Source: Clostridia bacterium
GTDB lineage: Bacteria > Bacillota > Clostridia > Christensenellales > CAG-314
Reading direction: 5' to 3'
DNA length: 64,000 nucleotides
Assembly: GCA_017500855.1 (NCBI GenBank)
Contig: JAFVYC010000039.1
Span: 12,064 to 76,063 of the forward strand
Shown piece after piece: positions 19,117-28,065 of the stretch (position 1 is its first letter; each line of letters opens with the position of its first letter). A program made the translations under genes and the position numbers. The notes under the pieces are model-generated. The model saw only the letters and a list, made by a program, of their open reading frames with translations. It had not been told where the DNA came from and did no database searches.

Positions 19117-19145
19117 ATTGTACACCATCAACAACGCAATGTCAA
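19117..19145 (-). promoter_or_regulatory. Sigma-70-type promoter
   Basis: Minus strand reads TTGACA (19145-19140), 17 nt, TACAAT (19122-19117). Confidence 0.65.
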
Positions 19146-19574
19146 CGGCAAATTGCAAAAATGTTGCAAATTGCACAAAGGAAAATTGACGCTCAAAAAG
19201 GTTTTGCAAGAAAGGACAATTATAAATGTGGTTGGTTGCAAATGTTTTGCGTGATTGACGGTTATAAAACAAAAGAATTAGAACAAAACAATACATTTCC
19301 ATTTGAAACACAAGGAAACGTTGAGGTTACGCTTGTTTTTTGCGCCACGGGGAAGGGAAATGCAAATGGTTGAACTAAATTTTGGCGAAAGAACGTTGCG
19401 AAATTGATGACTTGCCACGTAACGTGTGTTGCACAATATCATCGACAAAACCAGGCTTGCAAAACAACCAAATTTTGAAAACATTGCGTTTTTTGCACCA
19501 CGGGGTAGGGATTTTGAAATTTTACCAAAAAAGCCGTTGGTATTTTTGCGCCGTCAACTACATACACTAGCACT

Positions 19575-20588
19575 ATGAAAATTGTGTTTACAGGTGGCGG
19601 AACTGCAGGGCACGTGATGCCAAACGTTGCCTTGATTGAACAACTGCAAGAGGAAATTTTCTACATTGGCACAAACAGCATGGAAAAGCAACTTGTTGCG
19701 CCACTTGTGAAAAGTGGCAAAGTGACGGAGTTTTTGCAAATTGATGCGTGCAAACTGAAACGAAAATTTGCCCTTTCCAACTTGCTTGTGCCATTTCGAT
19801 TGGCAAAAAGCATTGCGCAAGCAAAAAAGCACTTGGCAAAAATACAACCCGACGTTGTGTTTAGCAAAGGTGGATTTGTGGGTTTGCCCGTGGTTGTTGC
19901 AAGCAAAATGCTTGGCATTCCTGCAATTGTACACGAAAGTGACCTTTCCATGGGTTTGGCAAACAAAATCAGTAGCAAGTTTGCCACCACACTTTCGGCA
20001 TTTCCCATCAAAAACGCAACACGGGTGGGGGCAATTGTGCGAAACTCCATCAAAAACGGCAACAAAAAGCAAGGCTTGGAAACAATGGGGTTTGACGGAA
20101 GCAAACCTGTGCTGACAGTTGTTGGTGGTAGCCTTGGAGCGCTAAGTTTGGTGGATGCCATTTGCCAAAACAGTTGCCTTGCCGAACAGTTCGACATTTT
20201 TGTTGTGACCGGCAACAAAACCGTAAATTGCAACTTTGTGCATCAAGCGCAATTTGTGCATAACTTTGGCGACGTGCTTTCTGCCACCGACGTTTGCTTG
20301 ACAAGGGCAGGGGCAAATGCGCTTGCCGAACTGACAATTGCCAACGTCCCCTTTGTTGCAGTACCCTTGACAAAACAAAGCCGTGGCGAACAAGTGCAAA
20401 ATGCAAGGTGGTTTGAACAGCAGGGGTGTGGAATTGTGTTGAACGACAGCAATTTGCAACAAAATTTGCAGGGCGCAGTGCTGTGTTGCCACAACAACAG
20501 GCACGCATTTGTTGCCAAGCAAAAGCAACTGAACATTGACGGCACAAGCAAAGTTTTGAACTACATTTTGCAACACAAAGTTGGCTAA
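19575..20588 (+). CDS. murG: UDP-GlcNAc:undecaprenyl-PP-MurNAc-pentapeptide GlcNAc transferase
   Basis: MKIVFTGGGTAGHVMPNVAL N-terminal G-loop, SKGGFVGLPVVVA, and C-terminal LTRAGANALAEL ... QSRGEQVQNA pattern typical of MurG. Confidence 0.9.
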   Translation: MKIVFTGGGTAGHVMPNVALIEQLQEEIFYIGTNSMEKQLVAPLVKSGKVTEFLQIDACKLKRKFALSNLLVPFRLAKSIAQAKKHLAKIQPDVVFSKGGFVGLPVVVASKMLGIPAIVHESDLSMGLANKISSKFATTLSAFPIKNATRVGAIVRNSIKNGNKKQGLETMGFDGSKPVLTVVGGSLGALSLVDAICQNSCLAEQFDIFVVTGNKTVNCNFVHQAQFVHNFGDVLSATDVCLTRAGANALAELTIANVPFVAVPLTKQSRGEQVQNARWFEQQGCGIVLNDSNLQQNLQGAVLCCHNNRHAFVAKQKQLNIDGTSKVLNYILQHKVG

Positions 20589-20608
20589 ACCATTTGTTTT
20601 GAAACAAT

Positions 20609-20636
20609 AAAAGGCAGGTTTACACCTGCCTTTTTG
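20609..20636. terminator. Bidirectional terminator between convergent genes
   Basis: AAGGCAGGT-ttac-ACCTGCCTT followed by T5. A-rich on the other side. Confidence 0.75.
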
Positions 20637-20679
20637 CTTGCTAATTTTGCGTTTTTCCACACACGGGTGTGGGGTTTTG

Positions 20680-21951
20680 CTAGCCAAGGATTTTTTCCCA
20701 AATCAATTCTACACACGCAAATGCAACAAGGAAATCGTCGAATTGGTGTTCTTCCAAAACTTGTGGTTCTTCGTCCTCCACTGCTTCCAGTTGCTCTTCC
20801 GTCATTGCATCGTACTGTTCTTGGGTGTAGTTGTCTTTGTACCAACCAACTTTGTACACACCCTTTTCCAAAGATATGCCAATTGTGTTCAAGCCGTTTT
20901 GCAAAAGTACCCTTGGACCACTAGCAAAGATTGTTGCAACATCTGCCGACTGCAACCACAACGCCACCATTGCATCCTTCATTTGCTTGTGAGCCTTGTC
21001 GGTTTTGTAGTTGATGGAGAACAAGTTTGGAATTTTTGCCAACTTCATGGATTGCTCAAATTCGCCACTTCTCATTGCAAGGCCACCGTCCATAAAGGAA
21101 ATTGCCTTTTTGCCGTCCACGTCCCAAAAGATAATTTTGGTCATTCCACTGGAAAAATTGCCATCAATTTCCACAAAGGCAATGTTTTCTACAGCAACGC
21201 TTTGCTGACCAAACAACTTGACGTAGGTGTACACGCCGTCTTGCAACGTGAATTTTTCTCGCTTGGAGGCAATAAATCCCAAAATTCCAAGTACGCCAAA
21301 AAAGATGCCAACAACAAGCAACGGCACGAATGCATCCCCTGCAATTTGCAAAATTTGCAACACCACCATCACAACAAGCAACGCAATGCCAATGAATGCG
21401 AAAATTCCAAACACCACGGCAAGCGCTTTGGGCTGTGTAATTTCAAACTTGTCAAATTCCGAAAGGGGGCGTTTTTTGGTTTCTTCAGCAATTGCTTGTT
21501 GTTTTTCCAAACTTTTGCCCAAACCTTTTGTCAAACCAAAAATAAGCACTCCACAAACTGCGCACACGGCAAGTATCAACAGCGGGGTTTCCGTGCGATA
21601 GCGTTCAAAGTCCTCGGCGTACTGCTGTTGCGTGTAGATTTGTTGGCCTTCCACCGTCAACGACACAACAATTCTGCCATCGGGGATGTAGTCAATTTTC
21701 ACGTTTGCGCCTTCGGCAAGCAGTTGTTCCAATTGGTCGCTGTCCACAGGGGTGCCTTGGTCGAAGTAGTAGCGAATGTCGCCAATCTCCACGTAGTCGT
21801 CGCTTTTGCTTTGGTAGGTGAAACCTTGGGAAACACCTTCCAATTGCTTGATTTCGCTGTAGTCTCTTGTTGAAAGCAACGGAATTGACACAAGAATTGC
21901 AATAGCCAATATCCAAATAATTATTGATGCTTTGTTGTTGTTCCTTTCCAT
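20680..21951 (-). CDS. Polytopic membrane protein of unknown function
   Basis: 423-aa ORF. N-terminal TM, about 90-aa external domain, 3-4 central TMs, about 200-aa acidic-tailed C-terminal domain. The N-terminal domain is paralogous to the 80-aa product of 21991-22233. Confidence 0.7.
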   Translation of the reverse strand: MERNNNKASIIIWILAIAILVSIPLLSTRDYSEIKQLEGVSQGFTYQSKSDDYVEIGDIRYYFDQGTPVDSDQLEQLLAEGANVKIDYIPDGRIVVSLTVEGQQIYTQQQYAEDFERYRTETPLLILAVCAVCGVLIFGLTKGLGKSLEKQQAIAEETKKRPLSEFDKFEITQPKALAVVFGIFAFIGIALLVVMVVLQILQIAGDAFVPLLVVGIFFGVLGILGFIASKREKFTLQDGVYTYVKLFGQQSVAVENIAFVEIDGNFSSGMTKIIFWDVDGKKAISFMDGGLAMRSGEFEQSMKLAKIPNLFSINYKTDKAHKQMKDAMVALWLQSADVATIFASGPRVLLQNGLNTIGISLEKGVYKVGWYKDNYTQEQYDAMTEEQLEAVEDEEPQVLEEHQFDDFLVAFACVELIWEKILG

Positions 21952-21990
21952 TTTGTACCTCCATTTTTGTACATTATAACATAGATATGC

Positions 21991-22233
21991 CTAGAAATCA
22001 ATACTATTGTGCTTGCGTTCGTGAAGTTTCTGTGCAAAAAATACCAACGGCATGACAATTGCAAAAAAGCACAAATTGCAGATAGGAGTTGTGGTTCTCC
22101 ATTGGTTGAAATGTTGCTTGTACTGCTCTACGGTAAACTTTTGGTTGCCATCTATTTCCAGCGCAACAATAATACGGCTGTTGGCAATGTACCACCAAAC
22201 GTATACGTTTGTGACGGCAACCAACTTCAACAC
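21991..22233 (-). CDS. Small single-TM protein, paralog of the N-terminal domain of 20680-21951
   Basis: Last 80 codons of track ORF 21991-22632. GTG 22233 shares one nt with the WYL gene stop (TAGTG). ...IANSRIIVALEIDGNQKFTVEQYKQHFNQWRTTTPICNLCF aligns with IPDGRIVVSLTVEGQQIYTQQQYAEDFERYRTETPLLILAV of the next gene. Confidence 0.45.
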   Translation of the reverse strand: MLKLVAVTNVYVWWYIANSRIIVALEIDGNQKFTVEQYKQHFNQWRTTTPICNLCFFAIVMPLVFFAQKLHERKHNSIDF

Positions 22234-23150
22234 TACTCGCCTTTGTTGGCAAGGGCAATGTTTTTGCACCTTTCCACCACAGCCTCTCGCAGTTTTGCAG
22301 GTGTTTCCACACGCACGCCTTCGCCAAGCGACATTATTTTGTTGATAAGCACGTCGTCGTAGGGCAAATTTGCCTTGGCAATGTAGCCGTTGCCCATTTT
22401 TGCAACTTTGCCAACGCCAAGCCACTCTTCGCAAGCCGAAAGGGCAATGTGGTCTACCGACAAAATTACGTCGCACATTTCCTTGTTTTTTAGCACGTCC
22501 GTTTGGATGGTGTTGCTGTCGGCAACAAACGGCCTGCCAACAAACTTTTCGCCCACTTCCAACGTGACGATGCGTGCCACCTTGAAGTAGCGGAAGCCCT
22601 TGCGCATGCGACAAAAACTGTACACGTACCACATGCCGTCCTTCAAAATGAGGCAGTAGGGCTCAACAACACGGGTTGTGTCGAAACCGTCCTTGCTGTG
22701 GTAGCCAATTTTGCACAATTTTTTGTTGGCTATGCAGTCGGAAAGGGTGCTGACGTAGTCGTTCAAGGCATCGCCACCGTTGTCTACAATCAGTTGTTGG
22801 CTCTTCAAAACAGTTGCCTGTGCGTGACTGCGTTTTAGCCCGGAAAGTTTGAGGGTTGCTTGTTGCGTGACGTCGTCCTGCAGGGAAAAACTTTGCAATG
22901 CAAACACAAGTCGCTTGAATTCCTCCTCCGTGAAGTAGGTGGCTTTGAGTTTGAAGGTGTCCACAATGCTCCACCCACCACCTCTGCCAAGATGGCTTTG
23001 GATGGGAATTCCACCTTCCGACAGCATGGAAACGTACCTGTAGACGGAACGTTGGGAAATTTCGTACTTTTGCGCAAGTTCGCTTGCCTTGACAACTTCG
23101 TCGCTTGCAAGCAACGTGGACATGATGCCCACCAAAATTGGAATTTGCAC
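22233..23150 (-). CDS. WYL-domain transcriptional regulator (HTH + WYL + WCX-like)
   Basis: ORF 22233-23243. Start moved to GTG 23150, 6 nt after AGGAGG. N-terminal HTH ASELAQKYEISQRSVYRYVSML. Central ...EPYCLILKDGMWYVYSFCRMRKGFRYFKVARI matches a WYL domain core. Confidence 0.8.
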   Translation of the reverse strand: MQIPILVGIMSTLLASDEVVKASELAQKYEISQRSVYRYVSMLSEGGIPIQSHLGRGGGWSIVDTFKLKATYFTEEEFKRLVFALQSFSLQDDVTQQATLKLSGLKRSHAQATVLKSQQLIVDNGGDALNDYVSTLSDCIANKKLCKIGYHSKDGFDTTRVVEPYCLILKDGMWYVYSFCRMRKGFRYFKVARIVTLEVGEKFVGRPFVADSNTIQTDVLKNKEMCDVILSVDHIALSACEEWLGVGKVAKMGNGYIAKANLPYDDVLINKIMSLGEGVRVETPAKLREAVVERCKNIALANKGE

Positions 23151-23172
23151 GTTACACCTCCTGTTTGATACC

Positions 23173-23201
23173 ATTATATAATACTGACAAACAGTTGTCA
23201 A
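23173..23201 (-). promoter_or_regulatory. Consensus sigma-70 promoter of the WYL operon, overlapped by an operator
   Basis: Minus strand reads TTGACA (23201-23196), 17 nt, TATAAT (23178-23173). The inverted repeat TGACAAACAGTTGTCA covers the -35 and spacer. Confidence 0.7.
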
Positions 23202-23254
23202 GTTTATTTGAAAAAAGTTGAAAATATTTTTTATAACTGACAAACAGTTGGCAA
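23184..23254. promoter_or_regulatory. Two operator-like copies of CTGACAAACAGTTG(T/G)CAA
   Basis: Copies at 23184-23201 and 23237-23254, 53 bp centre to centre. Each holds the TGACAA/TTGTCA inverted repeat. The second lies over the -35 region of the divergent TGgTATAAT promoter (-10 at 23265-23270). Confidence 0.55.
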
Positions 23255-23299
23255 CGGACTTTGGTATAATTTAGGTACAAAACACAAGGAGAGCACACC

Positions 23300-23482
23300 A
23301 TGAAGCACGACTGCACAAACGAATTTGACCTTGACGAAATCTATCGCAAACTGACTTCTTCCAGCAAGCAAGAACCAACCGTAAAAGCCAGCGAGTTTTT
23401 CCCCGGCAACGTTTTTGTGTTGTTTCAACAAAGGCTTGCAAGCGTCACAGCCGAAAGCATGAGGCAAGTTGCACGTAGATAG
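23300..23482 (+). CDS. Small hypothetical protein (60 aa), divergent from the WYL regulator
   Basis: ATG lies 7 nt after AGGAGA. Extended -10 promoter upstream. No recognisable motif. Confidence 0.45.
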   Translation: MKHDCTNEFDLDEIYRKLTSSSKQEPTVKASEFFPGNVFVLFQQRLASVTAESMRQVARR

Positions 23483-24070
23483 GCGTTGCAAGGGTTGAGA
23501 GAAAATTTGCCTTGATTTGAGCAATGAAAGACAAAGCAACATAGACAAATTGAAACTTTGCTGGAATCAACTCGGCTTTTTGTGAAAGATTGCATCCGTT
23601 TTGTGGAAAATTTCTTTTCATTTTTAAGTGAAAACTATGTTTTCAATTGTGAAGATAAATCCAAATTTGGGAAACCACGATGCAATTAGGAGCGTAGATT
23701 AGAGAAAACCCGTTTTGAAAATATATTCTGTTTTGAAATGACACAATCAATTTGGGGAAGTTGCATCAATTTTGCAACGCAGGCTGTGGAAATGAACTTT
23801 TGGGAAAAAACTGATGTGTAAAACGCAGTATGGTTTTCATTATAAAAAATAGTACAATCTAGGAAATTTAGTTTATTCTGGAGAATGCAAATAGTTTTAG
23901 AAAATATAGGTCGTTCCAAAGGAATGTGGTAGGTTCAGGGATTGTTGTTCATTCTTGTGTTATAGCTTGTTCTAGAGAAAGTAATTCATTCAAAGAAACG
24001 TGGATCGGGCTAGAAAATATAGTACATTAAAAAACACTTTTAGAAAAATATACTTAACAAATGTATTTAG

Positions 24071-24108
24071 AAAAAATTTTGGCGTGTTCTCCACAAGGGA
24101 AAACACGC
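24071..24108 (-). terminator. Hairpin terminator downstream of ddl
   Basis: GCGTGTT..TCC-acaag-GGA..AACACGC stem. T/A runs on both sides. Confidence 0.5.
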
Positions 24109-24120
24109 TTTTTGCATTTT

Positions 24121-25197
24121 CTACTTTTTGCAAATTGGGCTAGTCAACACGTCGCTTTGGAAGTTTGTGCAAAGTTTTTGCTCATCCAAACTTTGTTGAA
24201 TTGCGCTTCGAACAAGCACGGCACCAAACTGCTGTTGCGTGTACTTGTGTTGCCACAATCCGTAGGCAAGCGAACCAGGGATTGTGTTGACTTCGTTGAC
24301 GTACAGTTTGTTGGTGGCGTTGTCAAGAAGGAAATCCACACGCACAACGCCACTGCAACGCAAGCAATTGTACACACGTTTTGCAAGCATTTCAATTTTG
24401 TTTTGTAGCGTTTTTGGCACCACGGGGTGGGGGTTTTGAAATTTTTCGCCACGTTGGTACTTGTCGGCAAAGGACAAGATTTGTTGGCCCCTCAAGGGGC
24501 TGTCGATTGCGCTTGTTTGCACCACGCCATCCACAAGCATTGCCGAACAATTGAATTCGGCAAAGTCGGCAAGCCCCCTTTCCACAAGCACGACGTTATC
24601 GAAAGAAAAGGCAAGGTCTAGCGCATTTTTCAGTTGCAACGCATCGTTGCACAGCGAAATGCCAATGGACGAGCCAAGGGTGGACGGCTTGACAACCACA
24701 GGCCAACACTTGCTTGCGTAGTCCAGCGCTTGCGAACGTTGCTTGGAACTTACTGCAATGCCATCGACCACAGGCACACGGCAACTTTTGAGCATGCGTT
24801 TGCACAGCACTTTGTCCAAACAAATGCTACTTGCAAACAGGCCACTGCCCACCATTGGCAAATTTGCCATTTGGCAAAGCCCCTTCAAAGCGCCGTCCTC
24901 GCCATTTTTGCCGTGGCAACAGTTAACAACAACGTCAACGTCGATTTTTTTCGTGACAATTCGCCCCTTGACAGCCCAAATTTGCTTGAGTCCGTTGGCA
25001 AAAACCACCGTTGGAAGTTTGCAAAAATTCAGGTGATTTTTGGGTGTGAAGTTGTTTGGAACAAGGTACAATTGGTTGTTTTTGTTGAAGTAGGCGCAGT
25101 AGATGTTGCCACCAAAGTAGCCCTTGGCAAGGCAACCTGTGATGATGGAAATGTCGTGTTCGCAACTTTTTCCACCGTAGACAATGAGTGTGTTCAT
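24121..25197 (-). CDS. ddl: D-alanine--D-alanine ligase
   Basis: MNTLIVYGGKSCEHDISIITG, HGKNGEDGALKGLCQMANLPMVGSG, VVKPSTLGSSIGIS and GVVRVDFLL...YVNEVNTIPG are ATP-grasp Ddl signatures. Confidence 0.9.
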   Translation of the reverse strand: MNTLIVYGGKSCEHDISIITGCLAKGYFGGNIYCAYFNKNNQLYLVPNNFTPKNHLNFCKLPTVVFANGLKQIWAVKGRIVTKKIDVDVVVNCCHGKNGEDGALKGLCQMANLPMVGSGLFASSICLDKVLCKRMLKSCRVPVVDGIAVSSKQRSQALDYASKCWPVVVKPSTLGSSIGISLCNDALQLKNALDLAFSFDNVVLVERGLADFAEFNCSAMLVDGVVQTSAIDSPLRGQQILSFADKYQRGEKFQNPHPVVPKTLQNKIEMLAKRVYNCLRCSGVVRVDFLLDNATNKLYVNEVNTIPGSLAYGLWQHKYTQQQFGAVLVRSAIQQSLDEQKLCTNFQSDVLTSPICKK

Positions 25198-25207
25198 GGT
25201 TCCTCCA

Positions 25208-26659
25208 TCAAAGTGTTTTTACATCCGGCAAATCGTTTTGAAACAGCAAAAAGCAGTTTGGTTCAAGGTACGGTTGCAAAATTTCCACGGCTTGTTGCAC
25301 GGTTTTTGCAACGAAAACTTGGCAATTTGTTTGCTTGAAACCTTGCATCAAATAGGGCGTGTTTTTGCCAACCAAAACTGCAAAATGGCACACCCGTCCC
25401 AGCGTAATTCCACATTGCACGTTGATGGACTTGCATTGCTTGCCACATTCCACCACACCTTGGCACACCACCAATTTTGTGCCTTGGAATTGCTGAAGAG
25501 TTTGGGCGCAGTTTTCCACGCCACGCACGCTTGCGTTGTAGCTGTCGTCCACTACGTAGAACTTTCCGTTGTGGGAAATTTCCATTCGGTGCTTGGTTTG
25601 GGCAAGCAATTTGCACCTGGAAGCAACAGTTTGCCCGTCCACGCCAAGCAACTTGCACACTTGCAAGCACATGGCAAAGTTCTCCACCACGCCGTTATAG
25701 ACGTGTGGCAAGCGTGCCGAAAACGCTTTTCCATCCAACGTAAACTGCACGTTGGTACCTTGTGGAGAGATTTTGTGGGAAATTTGCAAACCTTGGCAAC
25801 TTTCCACCTTGCGACAGTTGCCAAAAGCCATCAACTGTTGGCAATTTGAGTCGGCGCTGTTGAACACACAAACGCCATCCTCGGGCAAGTACAAAGGCAA
25901 TTCCCCCTTGGTTGCAACGACGTTTTGCATACTTTTGAAGGTTGACAAGTGCTGTGCGCACGCACCTGTTACAATGCCAATTTTGGGCTTGAACAGTTTG
26001 CAAAGTTTGGCAACGTCGCCACGTTTTCGAGCGCCAAACTCCAACACCAAGTAGTTGAAACCAAACAAACTTTGGTTGTTGACAAACCTTGCAATGCCAA
26101 GTGGCGTGTTGAAACTGTGGGGTGTGCAAATGGCGTTTGGCAACAAAGTTGCAAGCATTTCCTTGGTGCAAGTTTTGCCGTAGCTACCTGTGATTGCCAC
26201 CACCGTGATGCCACTTTGCAAAATTTTGCGTTGCGCTTTTGCAACGAATCTTTTGCCAATTGCGCTTTCCAAAGGCAAGCAAACTGCCCAAGAACAAAGT
26301 GCAAAAACAGGCACAAAAACAAGTAGAAATCCACTGCTAAATGCCACACCCGTGGCGCAAAATATCAGCAAAAACGCCACCAAATTGCGCCAAATTCTTG
26401 CTGTGAAAACAAGGGGAACTTTGCGCTTTTTTGTTGCAGTGACAAGTGCGCAAACAAGGTACACAAGCGCCGTTGCCCACCACGGACCTTTGCAAACTGC
26501 AACGCAAACGAGCAGCAACTGGCAAATTGCAATTTTGGCAAAGTATGCCGTTGCTAAAACTTTGAAAAATCCACGCCAAGGCTTGTAGCCCACCGACTGC
26601 AAGTAGCGAAAACTTTCCAACGAAACAACCGTGCCAAGCACGCCACACAACAAATTCAT
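25208..26659 (-). CDS. murF: MurF-like Mur ligase with a four-helix transmembrane N-terminus
   Basis: AITGSYGKTCTKEM P-loop, LEFGARKRGD, and VVDDSYNASVRG (MurF-type C-domain motif). The first about 130 aa are four hydrophobic helices instead of the usual MurF N-domain. ATG overlaps the upstream stop (gtATGa). Confidence 0.75.
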   Translation of the reverse strand: MNLLCGVLGTVVSLESFRYLQSVGYKPWRGFFKVLATAYFAKIAICQLLLVCVAVCKGPWWATALVYLVCALVTATKKRKVPLVFTARIWRNLVAFLLIFCATGVAFSSGFLLVFVPVFALCSWAVCLPLESAIGKRFVAKAQRKILQSGITVVAITGSYGKTCTKEMLATLLPNAICTPHSFNTPLGIARFVNNQSLFGFNYLVLEFGARKRGDVAKLCKLFKPKIGIVTGACAQHLSTFKSMQNVVATKGELPLYLPEDGVCVFNSADSNCQQLMAFGNCRKVESCQGLQISHKISPQGTNVQFTLDGKAFSARLPHVYNGVVENFAMCLQVCKLLGVDGQTVASRCKLLAQTKHRMEISHNGKFYVVDDSYNASVRGVENCAQTLQQFQGTKLVVCQGVVECGKQCKSINVQCGITLGRVCHFAVLVGKNTPYLMQGFKQTNCQVFVAKTVQQAVEILQPYLEPNCFLLFQNDLPDVKTL

Positions 26660-27360
26660 ACGTCCCTCGCCAAAGTTTCCACGGCAAGCGCAAATGCCCT
26701 TGGATTTGCAAAGTATGCAAAATGGTCGCCGTCAATTTGCACCAATTGGCAACGCTTGTTGAGTGCGCAAAAGTTTTTTGCTTGCCACAACGGCACTTGC
26801 TCGTCGGATTTACTTGCCACCACAACCACGGGGCATTGAAGCAGTTTTACGTAGTGAGAAAGGTCTTGATTTACCACTTTTACAAAAGTGTTTTTGAGAC
26901 AATTTGGGCAATTTGCATAGTCCGTCGATTTGCTTTTTGGTGGAACTTTTGCAATTTTCAACCTGTGCAACAATTTTTGGAATTTGAATTTTGCAACGGA
27001 ACAACTGCGTTTCAAACTCAACCTTCGAATGCCTGCCGGCGCAACGAAAAGCATGTTTTTTACCACACGGGGGTGGCGTTTTGCAAAAACCGTTGCCACC
27101 CTACAACCAAAACTGTGGGCAACAATTGTGACGTTTTGCAAGTTTTGCTCTTGTACAAAATGCCACAAATCCGTGGCGTAGTCGCCAACGGTCCACCCTT
27201 CCACAGGTGGGCAAGGGGAATTGCCAAACCCTGCAAAATCCACCAAGTAGCAAGCGCAACTAACTTGCCTTGCCACGTGCAAAAACACGCTTCCATCACA
27301 CCCCCATCCGTGCAAAAAAAGCACGGTATTGCCACTGCCCAACTTTTGGAAATACACCAC
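26656..27360 (-). CDS. Alpha/beta hydrolase
   Basis: VLFLHGWGCDG, AHSFG nucleophile elbow, and C-terminal GDHFAY. GTG start after GGGGGA. Confidence 0.8.
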   Translation of the reverse strand: MVYFQKLGSGNTVLFLHGWGCDGSVFLHVARQVSCACYLVDFAGFGNSPCPPVEGWTVGDYATDLWHFVQEQNLQNVTIVAHSFGCRVATVFAKRHPRVVKNMLFVAPAGIRRLSLKRSCSVAKFKFQKLLHRLKIAKVPPKSKSTDYANCPNCLKNTFVKVVNQDLSHYVKLLQCPVVVVASKSDEQVPLWQAKNFCALNKRCQLVQIDGDHFAYFANPRAFALAVETLARDV

Positions 27361-27457
27361 ATTCCCCCACTAGTTGATAGTTTATGACCAACAACCTTGT
27401 TTTGTGCATGGTTTCTACAAATTTCGACTTTTTAGTTGAACGGAAAACGTTTTTGCA

Positions 27458-27486
27458 ACAAAAAAGACCAAGCAAAACTTGGTCTT
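27458..27486 (-). terminator. Terminator of the tsaE-tsaB-rimI operon
   Basis: AAGACCAAG-caaaa-CTTGGTCTT 9-bp stem with U6 on the minus strand. Confidence 0.75.
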
Positions 27487-27552
27487 GGGTTGTTGTGTTG
27501 AAAATGTTGTGCAAACAAACTTGTTTTGTCGGTTGTTCGTCCACCATCTAAA

Positions 27553-28014
27553 CTACTGTTCTTCTTCCAAACGGCAAATCATTGTGTAGGCGTCGTTGGT
27601 TGGATAGCGACTTTTGCGATAGAAATTTTTGCGAATTCCTTCCACTTGGAAACCACACTTTTTGTACAATTCCACGGCAGGGGTGTTGGCTGTGTTTACT
27701 TCCAATTCGGCAAAAAGGCAATGTTCTTCCCTTGCGCATTGCAACAAACTTTGCACAATTTGCGTGCCAAGCCCTTGCCTGCGATGGCTTTCCAACACGG
27801 CAATGTTGCAAATTTGCGCTTCCTCAAACATGATGCGAAGGCAACCGTAGGCAACAATTTGCCCATCTTCCACCTTCGCAAAAAAGTGAGAAAATTTGTT
27901 GCGAAATTCCCCCTGAATGTTGCCAATCGTCCAAGCATCCTTGCCAAAAACTTGCTTTTCCAAGTTGACAAGTTGGAACACGTTTTGCATTGTATAGTCC
28001 AATTTTTCAATCAT
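27553..28014 (-). CDS. rimI: Ribosomal-protein-alanine N-acetyltransferase (GNAT)
   Basis: ICNIAVLESHRRQGLGTQIV acetyl-CoA motif A and ELEVNTANTPAVELYKKCGF. Lies downstream of tsaB as in many bacteria. Confidence 0.8.
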   Translation of the reverse strand: MIEKLDYTMQNVFQLVNLEKQVFGKDAWTIGNIQGEFRNKFSHFFAKVEDGQIVAYGCLRIMFEEAQICNIAVLESHRRQGLGTQIVQSLLQCAREEHCLFAELEVNTANTPAVELYKKCGFQVEGIRKNFYRKSRYPTNDAYTMICRLEEEQ

Positions 28015-28065
28015 GTTTTTGTTCCTTTTGGGTGGGCAAAATGCTGTGTTTTTGCACCACGTGGT

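Noticed and set aside
21991-22632. 213-aa minus-strand ORF overlapping the WYL regulator gene.
   Set aside because: Most of it overlaps the WYL gene out of frame with an R/G/C-rich composition. Only the last 80 codons (from GTG 22233) are retained, because they are paralogous to the next gene.
24417-24438. The dispersed 22-mer inside ddl as evidence that ddl is disrupted or a pseudogene.
   Set aside because: The reading frame is intact, the length (358 aa) and all ATP-grasp motifs are normal, and the segment aligns to a variable loop before the conserved G..R.DF block.
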